The notes under the pieces were generated by a model. That model made no database searches. It was not told the DNA's origin and saw only the letters and a list, made by a program, of their open reading frames with translations. A program made the position numbers and the translations under genes. From Octopus sinensis (Eukaryota), in assembly GCF_006345805.1 (NCBI RefSeq), contig NC_043005.1, positions 21,204,001 to 21,268,000 of the forward strand: a DNA stretch of 64,000 nt, written 5' to 3'. Shown in pieces: positions 13,054-26,800 of this stretch; position 1 is the first letter of the stretch; every line of letters starts with the position of its first letter.

Positions 13054-13224
13054 ATTACACAAAAGTTGATTGTGGACCTCCAAAAGATGTTGTTGGTGCA
13101 TCAAAGTCCTACAATACCACCACCTATAAATCTGTAGTGACCTATACTTGTCCAAAGGGAGAAAAACTAAATTCAACATGTGATAAGGACCATAAATGGA
13201 CTCCAGTAGCTTCTACTTGTAAAG
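13054..13224 (+). CDS. Exon S1: Sushi/CCP/SCR domain
   Basis: tttcag|AT acceptor, G|gtatct donor. 171 bp, phase 1-1. Encodes YTKVDCGPPKDVVGASKSYNTTTYKSVVTYTCPKGEKLNSTCDKDHKWTPVASTCK, with CCP hallmarks C-G-P-P, V-x-Y-x-C-x-x-G and C-x5-W-x6-C. Confidence 0.88.
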
Positions 13225-14689
13225 GTATCTTAAATAGCTTCTCTCTTGCTGTCTCTGTCTATGAAATTTTGTTTTACTTTGTGCTAAATGTCAGAGGAAG
13301 ATTGGCTGACTCCTTGACAATTTCCTCAGTGTTTGTGAGTGGTGGAAGAGAGAGAGAGAGAGAGAGAGGAATCTAGCTTTATACCATAGTCATTCCCAAA
13401 TGCCTGGACATCATTAATCCTGCCCAAGTGTCAGGTATTAAACTGAATGATGGATTAAGTCTGCCAACCAAACAGGGAAAATATGAAAGCTTGTTCTCTC
13501 TAGTTGGCTTCCACATAGTTTTCATCCACCAAAATTCTTCCTTTGATGTGAAGCAAAGTTTTACTCAGATAATCAAGACTCCACCCAGTACCAAAATGAT
13601 GTGAAGTAAACTTCTTTACATCACAGTCATACCTGAGGATTTCTATGTAGATCTTCTCTTAATTTCTATTTTGACCTTTCCACCTGTACCATATGTCGTC
13701 ATCCAAAACTGTGTGCAATATAATGTCTTGTGTCTTCATTAGGATTCAGTAATCCTTTGAAATAACCTTCAAATGCTCTAATGATACTTCTGATCCACCA
13801 TCTTTAATTATAATACATACAACTCATAATGATAATGGTTTCTAATTTATCCACAAAACCAGGTATATTTAATGGCAGGAGTTTATTCTTTAATATCAAC
13901 TTCAGTATTTGAATGATACTGTATTTGATCAATCCCTGAATGGATAACAAGCTAAGTTGGCCTTTGCTGGATTTGAACTCAGAACATAGAGTCCGAATAC
14001 ATAATGCAAAGGATTTCTTCCAATACTCTAATGATTCTTTGAGATGACAATCCTAAATTTTAATTTTAAAAATTCTACAGAATCTTAAATACAATACTAT
14101 AAACCTGAATGTCAGAGAATGACAGTCAGTGTTCACACTGATTGTGGATCACAGAGTTTATTGGCAAGCCCTCAATAAAAGTACACATGTATGAGCTGCA
14201 CTGGAGGCAAATAAAAGAAATCATTATTATAATTTTTAAAATTATCAATGGAATAAAATCAATGGAATAAAATGTATCAATGGAATAAAATGGCCCTAGG
14301 CCTATTTTGTATTTTCTTTTCTTTTTTGTTGGCAAACAGCATCTTCATTTATAGCTAAAATCTTACTTCAATTGAACTATGCACAAAAGCAGCTATATTC
14401 ATAATTTTACTATACTTTATGCAAGGGGAGAATGAAAATGAAGCATTTTTCACACTTTGGCCCAGAGTCAGACCAGTACATATTGGTGAAAATGAAAAGC
14501 ATACCTGGATTCAGTTACAAAAAGTGTTTCAGAAACACTTGTCTACTTGACATAAACATTTCAGTCCCCAAATTCTGTTGACCGCTGTTATCTTCATTCA
14601 TAATAAAGGGGCCTCTCCCCCAGAATAAAGGGCAGATTGTATGATGCATATGTACAGACAACTATGCTAGGGAGAAGACGATTATGTCA

Positions 14690-15060
14690 ACCCATGGCTG
14701 TGACTGCAGAGGTCATGTAAAGGTTTGAAGAAATGAAGCCAGCATGCTCCAGTGGATGTGCAGTGTTAGTGTGCATGTACAAAAAAGTATACATGTTTTA
14801 AGAGAAAAACTGAGTATAAGAGTCATCATTTGTAGTGCACAAAGAAGACTATGTTGGTATTGTCATTTGATGGATGAGGACAGCTAAGTAAAAAAGAGGT
14901 GATCTCTAAATGTGAGGGGAAGTTGTGAAAGATGAAGGTCCAGGAAAATGTAGGACAAAGTGGTGAGAAATGATTTTCAGATGTTGCACCTTACAGTGGA
15001 GATGAAAAGAGGACCAAGACATTTGGTGATTTGTTGGGCTTGAGAATACCCACCCAGCTA
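14690..15060 (+). mobile_element. Degraded RTE LINE fragment
   Basis: Nucleotide similarity to 36385-36760 (catggctgtgactgcagagg.., agaaaaactgagtataagag..). Confidence 0.6.
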
Positions 15061-15610
15061 AGCAAAATCAAAGAAATAAAGACGGGTCTTTTATGTCTAT
15101 GTGCCCCCTCCACCACAGCCCTTCTTCCTGACACCTCCCTCCCTTCCTCCGCTCATGCTCACTACTGCTGCATTCTCCTCCCCTCTATTCATGTACCTAC
15201 AATATGTCCCAGTTGAGCTCCTTCACAACATATCCTCCAAATAGTCCTTCTCTTTACCTGTGCTCACTCACTACATCCCCCACCACCATCATCTCCTACT
15301 TAACTTTCTCAATCTCTGGTTCACTTCACTATATACACCTCATTGTAACTTGACTATGTAACCCCTGCTCCTTCCCTGTCACATCTTCACCATCTACATG
15401 CTTCTCTCACCATCTGAGATAGCCATGTTTCTCTTCTAATGCAAGCCACCTTTTTCTGTACTTTAACACTACCATCCACTGTTAAGGGATTTTGCCTTTC
15501 AAGTTACTTAAAACAGCTCAACATTATGAAATTACTTCTTAAATGATTTCCATCAATATAATAATTTATGTATGTATATGTGTGCATATATCCGTAAATA
15601 TATATACATT

Positions 15611-18150
15611 CATCAATCCATCTTCTTTACAGTTCCAGGGAGGGTCATGGGTGAAGAAGCATCCTATCTAAAGCAACCATCATTAGACTTTCCAACTGGA
15701 TTCTCAAGCATGGCTGTCTGAGTCTGTGGATATTATCCAACCATCTCATTCTTGATCTACTCCTAGGACTCCTGTCAGTTGGCTTGGCATGAAGAATCTG
15801 TCTTGAAATTCTTTCACATGTCATTCTAATGACATGTCTTTCTCAACACATATGTGTAATACTAGATCTGTGATCTCTGAATGTGGAAAAATAGTAGCTC
15901 AACCTGAAGAGAATCCCTGATCATTGAGGTACACATGTGCTCAAATTACATTACTCCAAAGATCCTTCAAAGAAATACCATTTAAGATGCTTGTATTTGT
16001 GATCATGCTCCTTTGATCATTTCTCAAAATTCATGACCATAGGTGAGGATAAGCATAATACCACAATTGATAGCATGTTTGGCCTTTTTACCAACTTCTC
16101 TTCTCAGGATCAAATGCAGGAGCAAGTACATTACTGAGCCAGCACCTGCAGTTTTAGTATCCAATTCAGCCACCTGTTTCCTGTCACTCATGAATACATA
16201 CCTAAGCTATTAAACTCTACTTGTCTCAGTGATGTTCCACTAACATGTAAAGCGTGAAGACTTTCTTGAGAAGACCCATGTCTCAGTCTTCACAACATTA
16301 ATTCTCATCCCTGCCTTGCTACACGTGGTTGAAAATTAGTGTTGCAAAGACTGAGACATTGGTCCTCTTGAGAAAGCTTTCCTACAGCACTCTGCATGTT
16401 AGTGGCATATAACTGAGAAAAATGGAGAAGTTTAAGCAACTTGGGTCTGTACTCACTCCTGCAAAACTCTGAATAGCATATATTGTGGTATGCAGTTATA
16501 TACATTTCATGATCTACAGCTCTTGTACAGCTCTTGACAATATTACCCCAATTTCTTGGATACTTGCTACAAAGTAAATATCTGGTTAGTTGTGTTGCAC
16601 CCTGGGTGGGAGTTATACTATTTCTGATCAAGTTTCTGTGCAACAATTTCCCTACATCTCTCTCCAAGACACCCAGTATAGACTTTATTGGGGATGCTTA
16701 ATGAGGAGATTCTTCTTTAATTAGAGCACTCTCTCTTTTTCCTCTCTTTACAAATTAGGATTATCACCCTTGATAGCCATTAATTTTGTGTTTCTTTCTA
16801 GAGGTCCAGTCCACCTGGCATACACAAGTCAGCCAGCGAATATCATCTTTGTTTAAAACTTTTAATATTTCAAGCCAAATTGCATCTTTCCCAGCTCCCT
16901 CACCATATTTAAGCACTTTAATCACCTTTAGTCTTTGCCCTGAGGTGCACCTCATGTCTACCAGAAGATTTTATGGTAACTGAATTTAGGAGATCAAAGT
17001 ATTCTCTCCACTTCCAAAAAGATGCTCTTTTCTTTAGATAGAAGAACCCCAACTAAATTTTTAATGGCAGATTTGGAAAGGCACTTGTTACGATATCAGT
17101 AAATGATCTACTAGAGTACTATATTAGCCAACCTGAAGTCAGAGTCCAGTTTAACCCCAATGTCCTCCCATAACTTTGGTATTTTTAAGGTTTCTGCTAT
17201 AGCTTTCTTTGCTCAGATGGCATCTTTAAATTCCTGATTAAACCAAGATCTTTACTACCTGGTATCACACAAAGCCACTCTCATTACAGCATTGTAAAAC
17301 CAAAGAAGACACTGCCAAACGAAACATTTCCCATTCTGTTTCAATGTCCTTGGTTTGTTCAGGAAGGTCCTTGAATTTGGAAGCATTTGTTTCTGTTCCT
17401 ATCAGCCATCAGTGTTCTCTCTGCTGTTGATAGTTTCAGGTTACTGACAAATAAGAGGTTGTCAGGTGATAGCTCAGCCCCTCTCTTCACACAAACATCC
17501 TGCACAGAATCAAAGAAGTTTGAGACAATAAAAAAAGTTTTTAGTTACCCCTGTCCCAAAATGTCCCTATTTCTGGTATACTTACAGATATCCCTCTGCT
17601 GGAAGATGTTCATAATAGAAAGGCAATAAAGAAGTCTAAAAAGACCTTTCCATTTGCACTGAGTTCATTGTTACCAATCCTCTTAAATACTCACTTCTAT
17701 GTTTGATGAGTGGTGCCGACTTGTGCATTGAAGTCTCCTTGTAAGATAAATGACTTTGTCTTCTCTACATCTAAAGATTCATTACTTCATCAAGGAAGGA
17801 TTTGTTCTTGGCCTTACTGTTTGGTGCATATACTTGAAACATACACAGCAGTCCTTTCTTCAGATTCAGCTTCAGGAGGCAAACCCTCCCACCTAGTGAG
17901 ATCCATTTCATAACACAATCTGACAGCCAAGAGCTTATGTGTATCCAACTTCCACCTGTGCAGATATATTTGACACCACACTGTCAGAGTGGATTTTTCA
18001 CTCTCCATCTAAATCTAGTCCCAGAGCCCCGCAAACTTGTAGAGAAGACACCAACTATATCTAACTGTCATCACTGGCTGCCCACGCTAGTGCCTGCTAT
18101 GTACCCATAAGGTTTGTGACATTCCAACACCTAATTTTTAGCAGCTGTTC
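15611..18150 (-). mobile_element. Degraded RTE-like LINE of a second family, with APE endonuclease and RT remnants
   Basis: Minus strand LKIRCWNVT (endonuclease N-terminus, about 18110-18145), a GDFNAQV-like motif at about 17720-17740, and KVLKYGEGAGKDAI..EILK (RT lead-in). Many stops. Confidence 0.65.
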
Positions 18151-18631
18151 CCTCATAGACCTGCTTCAGAGACCTTTCATTTGTGCTTCCACCCCATGCC
18201 TCTCAGAACAAGTTACAGGTTTATTGCTGTTGTACTGAGATTGGGTAAAGACTGCAATATATTTTTCAGGTAGGTAGTTGTACCTAACTTCCAAATGCAC
18301 CTCTTGTTCCTTAGATGTTAGATGGTGCAGTATGGTTATTATTTTGAAGACAGTTCATATCGTAGCCTGTAGTGTTATTTGTGCAGCTGCCAAACGGGTA
18401 ATTGTACTTAGCTTACATATTTTATGTATTGGAACATGAATACGGATAGACACACATATAAGTATGTATATATATATATACATTTATGCATACATGTGTA
18501 TATATCTATGTCTGTCAGCTGATTTTTTCAGTTTGTTTCACTCAATCCCTTCAAAATTTGTCATTATCTCATTCTCACCCTCTTCCTAATATACAAGCAT
18601 CATTGATATCAAATTCTGTTTCCAATTTCAG

Positions 18632-18802
18632 CTTATAAATACATTGACTGCAGAAATCCAAAAGAAGTTGTTGGTGCAACGAAGTCCTATGAAACTACCA
18701 CCTACAAATCTGAAGTGACCTATATTTGTCCAAAGGGAGAGCTACTGAAGTCGATATGTGAAAAGAACAGTGAATGGACTATGGTAGCAAAAACCTGTAA
18801 TG
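18632..18802 (+). CDS. Exon S2: Sushi/CCP domain (not in the ORF track)
   Basis: tttcag|CT acceptor, G|gtaata donor. 171 bp, phase 1-1. Encodes YKYIDCRNPKEVVGATKSYETTTYKSEVTYICPKGELLKSICEKNSEWTMVAKTCN; about 36/57 residues identical to S1 by hand alignment. Confidence 0.87.
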
Positions 18803-19595
18803 GTAATATAAATAGCTTCTATTCTGTTATTTCTGTCTATATAAGTTTGGTTTAAATCTGTTAAATGTCTTTGTCAGAGGAAGACTAACTCTATCCACAA
18901 CAATTTAGATGGTGTTTGTGGCTCATTGAAGGAAGAGTCGAAGCTCTCCTTAGATGAGAGACCTTTCTAAACGTTTGCAACAGACTGGACTCCATTAATA
19001 CTATCCAAAGGTCAGGTAATGCTATTAAATTGGGGATTTAATAGGGTAGAAGTTTGTTGTCTCTAGCAGGCTTCCACATAGTTTCTCACCACCAAATTTC
19101 ATCAGCATGTGAAATGAATATTTAAGCACACAAACAAAATTCCACCCAATGCCATGTTGTTCAGTAAACTTATTACCTACACAGCTGAGCTCATCTTGAT
19201 AGATTTTCTCTTAACTTCTAACTTGACCTTTCTCACTCATACTTGGTGCTTTTCTCCAAAATACTGTACAATATAATGCCTGAGTCCTTCCTTACTAAAA
19301 CTCAGCAAGCCTCTGGAACAGACTTCAGTTGATTATGTTATCTTCCAATCCACCATCCATGATTATAATTCTTCTATTACTAATAATAACGATTTCTGAC
19401 TTAGGCACAAAACCAACAATTTTTTATGGGAAATGTTTAGTCAATACCATCAACCCTACTATTTGACTGGAACTTTTATGTTATTCACCCCTAGAAATAT
19501 GAAAAGCAAAGTTGACATTAGCTTGGTTTAGATTGATAGCCAAAAGAGCCTAATACATGCAATAGAGCATTTCTTCCATTTTTTTGATTAGTATA

Positions 19596-22250
19596 CATCA
19601 TCATCATCTTCATTTAAAGTCTTTTTTCCAGCTGGCATAGGTTGGATGGATTGACTTGTAGGAGAGAACAAGCAGGGGCACAGAAAGGATGGAGAGCAGC
19701 ACATATTTGTGTATAGATCACAAAGTAGAGAGATGATGTGCAGGCTGTGAGAGTGGAAAGAGATGAGAGTGTGATGAACTGTGGCAGATATGGGGGTTAG
19801 AGGTACATGAGGGTCTTCAATGAGATGGGCAACAAAGTTGGGGAGGGAACTAATAGTAGTTATGAGAGATTGTGGAGAATGATTGGAAAGGTGATAACAT
19901 GAGGTATGGCAGACTTAAAATTTAGTGTCGAAGGGAGAAATTAATGAAAGCACAGAAAAAGGGTAGTTGGAAAGTTGTATGGACAGGGACGATAAAGAAA
20001 GTGGAGCATGCTAGTTTCATTTCTTTCAAGCCTTCACATGTCCTCTGCAGTTGAAACCTATGTTTCATTGCCATGTAACTTAGCTGTTCACACACAGGCA
20101 TCATACAACCCACAGGAAGAAGCCCTTTGTTACCAACAGCTTGTTCTTATTCTAGCAGCAATGTTTTCAGACTTTCTTCCTTCACTGCTAACTTGGTTGC
20201 TTAAGTATCAGAAACTATCTACTGCTTCTAACGATCCCCCAGACATTTAAGTTAGTCTATTTTCTGGACATTTTTAGTGTTTATTGTACCTTTACATCTG
20301 CACAGACACAAAGACTACTTTCTCCATTAACTTTCCTTTGATACTACTTCACCTCTTATGTATCTATAGTTTGCCCTGGGTAAACCATATGGAGTTTCTA
20401 CCAAACCATTTCTACATATTGAGCAGACTCTGGAGGAGTTAGTGATTTGTCTATTTTCCTTCTTACTAGGACTTTGGTCTTTGCTAAATTTGCTCTAAAG
20501 CCTTTTGATCCCACACTGCTTCTTCACCTAAAATTCTTCTCTTGATCTTATTGTGATTCATCAGTGTAGAGGTGTTCTCAAGGGCACCCAGTTTTAAATT
20601 CATCTATTACATGGTCCAGAAGACTATGATAAGTAAGAGGAGGCTGAGAACTGATCCTTGGTGAACTCCTACTTGTATATTGAATTCATTGCTATACTCA
20701 TTGCAAGCCTTCATCTTATCAACAACATCTCCGTACATGGTTTGTATGGCTCACACCAACTACTCACCCATTCCTAGCTTCCACATTCACCACTAGATAA
20801 GGTAGTGGTAACCCTATGAAAGACTGTCAGCAAAAGCCAAATACAGAGATTTATTTTTGGTTAAATACTTCTCCTAAAGCTGCTTTATCAGGAAGATTGC
20901 TTCCATAGTGTTTCCTCCTAGCACAAAACCAAACTGCATCTCATCTAGACTGACTCTCTTCCTAATTAGTTGAACTAGAACCCTTTCTGTAACTTTCATC
21001 ACCTGTTCTAGCAATTTAACACCTATGTAATTACTTCTGTCTAATACATCACCTTTACCTTTGTAGCAGTTGACTTTAATGCTGCTACACCAGCTGTTGG
21101 GTATGACTCCCTTGTAGACAACCTGACTAACTATATTGGTTACTAGGCCATATCCTACTCTCCCAGATATTTTAAGCATCTTGGCAGTGATTCCTGGTGG
21201 GCCAGGAGCTTACCCTGTCTTCGTGACCTTAATTGCTTTATCTACCAGGCTACTGTCAAGCTGGATAGCTGGTGCCTTTGATGGATCCACATTAGGCAGA
21301 CTGTTCTCCCATATGTTCTCTATATTTATCAGCCTTTCATAGTGTCACTTCAAAGCCTCTTTCTTTGTAGAATCAAGCCTCTGTTTTTGTAGAATGCAAG
21401 TGAACCATCATCCATGCGAACACTCTTTTCTCCTACAATATCATGATTTTCTCTGACATATTGACTTGCAATCTGAAATACTTAAAGCCTCTAGTCCTTG
21501 CACTGCAGAACATTTGCAAATTTCTTCCTTTCTGCTTCTCCCCTAGCTAAATAGACCTGTCTCCTTGCTTCCCTTCTAGCTACCTGATATAGCTCTCTGC
21601 TACCATCAGTTTTCCACTCCTACCAGGCTTGTCTCATTGCTCTAATGTCTACTTTTCTATTCCACCAACATGTCACCTTCACTCTGGAGGAGACTTTGCA
21701 CCAGCCACTAATTTCGTCAGTGGCTCTCTTTAAGTTTTCCCAAAGGAATCTCCAGTTGTTCTCTGTGTTATATGTATATATCTCCCCTCCACTTCTTGTC
21801 AACTGCTTCAATTAGAATGTCTCTAAATCTCTGACTGTTCAAAGGATCTTTAAGCTTCCAGATATTTCTTTTCCAGGTTGGTTTGCTTCTTGGTATCTTG
21901 CTAGCCCAGAGATGAAGTTACTAATGACTAGCTTATGTTGAAAGGTGCACTCTCAACCTGGGAAGCATTTTGCATTTATTAGCAACCACTTTTTCTGCTT
22001 TCTAGTGAGAATGTGGTCGATCTAGCTTGTGTGGTCACCAGATTAAAAAGTGAACAGGTAACTGGCTGATTTCCTGTATCACCGATCATGTGGTCATTTC
22101 CTAGCTTCCTCTTCATTTCTGGAACTGGCTCCCTAGCCTCCATTGACTCATGGAAACCACTTGAATTGTGCCCAACATGTCTGTTGAATCTACTAGCCAT
22201 GAAGAGGTCACTTCACTGTTGTTTGTTGACAAGGTAGTTTGCAACAGGGT
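19596..22250 (-). mobile_element. Degraded RTE LINE (endonuclease, RT and tail)
   Basis: ORFs 20874-21179 (CYKGKGDVLDRSNYIGVKLL..DEMQFGFV), 21620-21811 and 21979-22200 (SRFNRHVG, like GDFNGHVG) are homologous to 34150-36770. (CAT)n tail at 19596. Confidence 0.85.
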
Positions 22251-23097
22251 GTCAAAAAGTACTCTGGGTCACTTCCTGCATCAAAAACAAATATTAAAAT
22301 GTCTACTTATTGAACCAAAATATTATGAGTGATTAAAATTTCACCCTTAGTGAGTAGTAAAATCATTATGTAAATGACATATTCTCATCACAAAATTCGT
22401 AATGATAATCATGTTTTTATGTCTCATTAAATTTTAATTTTGATGAATTAGAATTCCTTAGCTTGCTACATTAAATTCTCATTGTTCTCATTTACAACAT
22501 ATATTCATATTTGTTTACTAGAAATGATGAAAGTGAAATTATTTTAGTTTTCCCTGGGCAAATCCTTGCAAAATCAGTAAAGGGATGTGTTATAGTCCTT
22601 GCTATGATTAAGTATATTTAGTTACATCCTTTTACATTCTGGGTTCAAATTCCAACAGTATGTATGATGCCTTACATACTTCTGAGGTTTATTAAACTAA
22701 CACTAGTCAAGTATTGAAGCTGATATATTTTAATGTATCCTCACCGAAGAATGTGTGGCCTTATGTTTGAGTTAGTAAGTATCATTGTTGATATTGGTAA
22801 TAGCCATGGTAATTATAATTATCATTGTTGTTAAGGGTAATGGATTGACAGAATCATTTGAGCATCAGACAAAATGTATTGTGGTAGTTTTTCTAGCTCT
22901 TTGACTTCTAAGTTCACATCCTGCTGATGTTAACTTTGCCCTTCTATGGTCAATAAAATAAAATACCAATCAAGTGTAGAGCCCAATTTAATTGATCAAC
23001 TCCTACCTTAAATTTTTAGCCTTCAATATATATTAGAAATTATTATTGTTGATGTTGTTGTTATATTCCGTTGCTCTATATTTTACTTTAAATCCAG

Positions 23098-23337
23098 TTA
23101 AACACATCTATTTTGTGAAAGTGAGAGGTGCACGTCTGGATGTTTCTGACAAAACATTGTGGAATATACCACGGACAACAGCAGAACTCTGTGCGAAAAA
23201 ATGTCTGTCTGACAAAAACTGTTTATCATTTGAAGTAACTAAAGGAAAAGTACAATGTTACTTATCAAAGAAAAGTGCAGCTACCTCTGACAAACTAAGA
23301 AAGACCAAAAAGAGAGATTACTACCAACGAGTAAAAG
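23098..23337 (+). CDS. Exon A2: PAN/Apple-like domain, type A
   Basis: aatccag|TT acceptor, G|gtaatt donor. 240 bp, phase 1-1. Encodes KHIYFVKVRGARLDVSDKTLWNIPRTTAELCAKKCLSDKNCLSFEVTKGKVQCYLSKKSAATSDKLRKTKKRDYYQRVK. Confidence 0.88.
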
Positions 23338-23502
23338 GTAATTATTCTTTGTATTTGTCCTTTGTTTTCTTGTTTTTCTGAAATTTGTGATTTCATTTGT
23401 ACTTCATAGTATATTGACAACCACTTCAATGAAGACATCGACAGGTTTACCAATAAGGACAGGCATGGACACATTCTAGACATAAGCAATATTAAGAATT
23501 AT

Positions 23503-23700
23503 TAAGGCAGCATGCTGCGTAAAATGTTTAGCAGCATTTTGTCCATCTTCACATTCTGAGTTCAAATTGTGCCAAGGTTGACTTCGCCTTTCATCCTTTG
23601 GGATCAATAAAATAAATAGCAGTTGAGCACAGGGGGGGGGGATGTAATTGACTTAGCTCTTCCCTCGAAATTGCTGGCCTTGTGCCAAAATTTGAAATCA
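23503..23700 (+). mobile_element. SINE copy (family with a GTTGACTTTGCCTTTCATCCTTT central block)
   Basis: B-box-like GAGTTCAAATT, then GTTGACTTCGCCTTTCATCCTTTGGGATCAATAAAATAA. Related copies at about 22835-23040, 46110-46310, 54105-54320 and, inverted, 13840-14040, 19390-19580 and 37480-37630. Confidence 0.6.
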
Positions 23701-24179
23701 ATATTAGGAACTGTAAATACTGTTAGGACATTATCATACAGCCTTTGTTGACATTCGGCACTTTTAGATATGTTTTAAATTGTTACCATAATTAATGTAA
23801 CTGGTGCAGAATAATAAAACAAAAGGGAACAGTTCCTACACTCATAGAGGAAGACGATCTTGGTTTTCTTGTTTTTCTTTTCTTTCTTCTTGTTTTTCTC
23901 TCCTTTTTTTTTCATTCACCAACATTTTGGTTTTTTAACTACATCTAACATTGTATGTTTTATAAATCTGCCAATTTAATATATCTGAAATCATGAAGTT
24001 ACAAATGGCTCTTTTGTAATTATGTTTATTAAATGTTATTTGTCTCTCACTGGATAGAGTGCTTTTTGTTGATCTTATATATAATGAAACTATATACCTC
24101 CAAATGCATGGCTTTCTACTACAAATTCAGTATCAACATAGTTTGGCATATAGCCACGCATATAGCCAAAGATGAGTGA

Positions 24180-26800
24180 TTCTAAGGATTCTGCCAAATT
24201 TATACACACTATTATGGATTTATATCACATGGATTGCTCTATAAAAATATACCTGCACCAACAAAAAACCTATAATTTAGGATTCTTCTAGAGAAAGTTG
24301 AAAATTTCTTGAAATAGATGAGATGGAAGGCCTTAATTTTTGATTCTATGTTAGCATCAATTTCCAGAGAACATTATGAATTAAAATCATAAATATCCAC
24401 CCAAGATAAAAGATTTGACTCATTTTGAGGCAGATTTCCTTGATTTACTAACTAATATAAGATTCTGTAAGTATTATAACCATTTGTGAGCCAAACTAAA
24501 ATCTGATATTAGAAATTCTGAAAGTTCTAAAGACAAGTTCACATTTTATGATAACTCTAATAACTAATATGAAGACAATAATGTTTTTTATGAGAGTTTG
24601 CTGCAGGACCCCATTTCTACTAAATATAGGAAAGCTAATGTAGATAGATACAAAGATATTAACGACAAGACTAAATTCCTCTCTAAATGAACTAAAATTG
24701 ATGATAGGTTAGAAAGCTTAGCTTAATGTGAAACTTTTATTACTCTAAAAGACCATGAACCCAATATCAGTAATAAGTCTGCTTGAATACTTTTTAACCC
24801 AGTGATAACTGAAGTTGGTTTAACAGCTAAAAAATACTAAGAAATATTAATATCAGAATTATTATTAATATCTGTCACATATTGGTTTAAAAATTTAAAG
24901 AATAAGCATAGAGCTAGATTTACACAGACATAGTAAATCTTTATCCCTCGATATTAAGATTGTTGCTAGATAAGGTTAGTGAGTTTGCAAAAAGATATGT
25001 CAGTATCCACCACATAGACCTATACTTTATGCATGAAAGGCTGTGTATTTGAATCACATCAGGGTCACCAAGTTTTAGTTGAGATGGCACTAAAATAACA
25101 TTTGACTTTTTATAACAGCAGTAGTATAATACCTTGTAATGCAACAATAGACAACATTCAGAAGGCTTAACACAATAATAATTATTTATTGTAAGTGGAA
25201 TTGGTGACAGAATTAAATAGAAGCTTTGCTTGTCAGTGATAAGGTAAAACAGTGTCCTAAGTTCATAACAGACATTTTAAAGATCCTGGACATAGCTCAC
25301 AAATCCCAAAAAGGTGTATGCAGCATATTAGAGACATAATACTTATGGTTACGGCATAAAGTAAAAAATATGGAACATGATAAACATTCAAATAATCCAT
25401 AAGCAGTTATTAAGATCTAGAATGTTCTTCCATTAGATATTTTCCACATGGGGTTGAGTTGAGACAGAAACATGACAATATATCTTTCTCACTTGGATGT
25501 CTGTGCCTGACTTGAACTGACTAAAAAAACTTCCTGCATCTAAGTGACAGGCAGTGGCATGTATCTATGTGTGATACAACACAGTTGGCTGAACCAACCA
25601 AATCACACACAGCTGGATAACAGTTCCACCAAAGGACAAAAGTGCTCCTACAAACCTAATAGCCAAGAACAGTAATAACATATCCAATTTATCTTCTTCA
25701 AAGGAAATATTTGCTAAAACAGCCCCATATTATAACAATGCTATAGCTAACAGTGTCTTCAAAGATAAGAAATCATACAACCCTTTAGTTAAAAGTATGA
25801 AACCTAATAATAGACCTAGGAATAATATGGTTCACCCTTCCCTTCTCCTTAAATGTTAAAACTAACATAGGCAAGAAATTCCTGGTATTATTAAATAAGC
25901 ATTTCCCAGTAAACCTCAAACAGGAAAATTTTTAATAGATGCTCAATAAAAATTTTGTACAGCTGCTGCCCCAACATGGAGGATGTTATCACTCATAAGT
26001 CACACAAGGAGCTGACTCCCAGTTGTAAATGTAAAGACCCAGAGGCTTGTCTGCTTGACCAGGATTGTTTGATAAATCCTGTTGTTTATGAAACCAAAAT
26101 TACAGCAGTGCTCAAAGACAACATAATTGAGAAGAAAAATTATATTGGTTTGTGCAAAGTCAATTTTAAAAGCCATTGTGCAAACCACCAGTCTTCTTTC
26201 CAACATATCGATAAAAATAAGGCCACTAAGTTTGCTAGCCATATATGGGATCTGAAGACCAAATGCAGCTCAGAGTCAAGTGGAAAATCATGGAGAAATC
26301 TATGCCATATATACATGCAGCAAAGAAATGCAAGTGATGCATTGTTGAAAGATCATATTCTTTTAGGGTTCAAGAATTTAACCACACTACTTAATTCCAG
26401 ATCCAAAAGTTTTAGCAAATGCAAGTAGATAGGCAGATTTCTTTTGTCAAACTGGAGGACACCACCCACACTGGATTGAGTAGCTATCTCACAGACTTTG
26501 AGCTTCTTTCTGTCATATAGTTATGCACCAACTACATTAATTATGGTTTCTAAAGTCAAAGAGGATGATGATCTGTTTTCTTACTTTTCTTTTCATTCTT
26601 CTCATTCCGGTTTTTGCATCAACCTTCTCCACATCTTTTCTTGTTTTCATAAACCAGCATCCTAGTTTTAAAATATATGTAACATTATAAATTGAACCAG
26701 AAAGCTTTCTTGGAGATACATGGCGTGTTATATAAATCTGCTAAGTTAATGTATTTGATGGATCTGATGAGTTTGGATCAATCCAATGCAGTTTACTAGG
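24180..26800 (+). mobile_element. Degraded Penelope-like element (RT plus GIY-YIG endonuclease), apparently interrupted at about 25090-25660
   Basis: FITLKDHEPN..FNP..TEVG (about 24737-24820) and DIVNLYPSI (about 24928-24955) are PLE RT motifs. ORF 25955-26428 has CKCKDPEACLL..VVY..NYIGLC..FK..NHQSSF..ATKFASHIWDLK (GIY-YIG). Confidence 0.8.
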
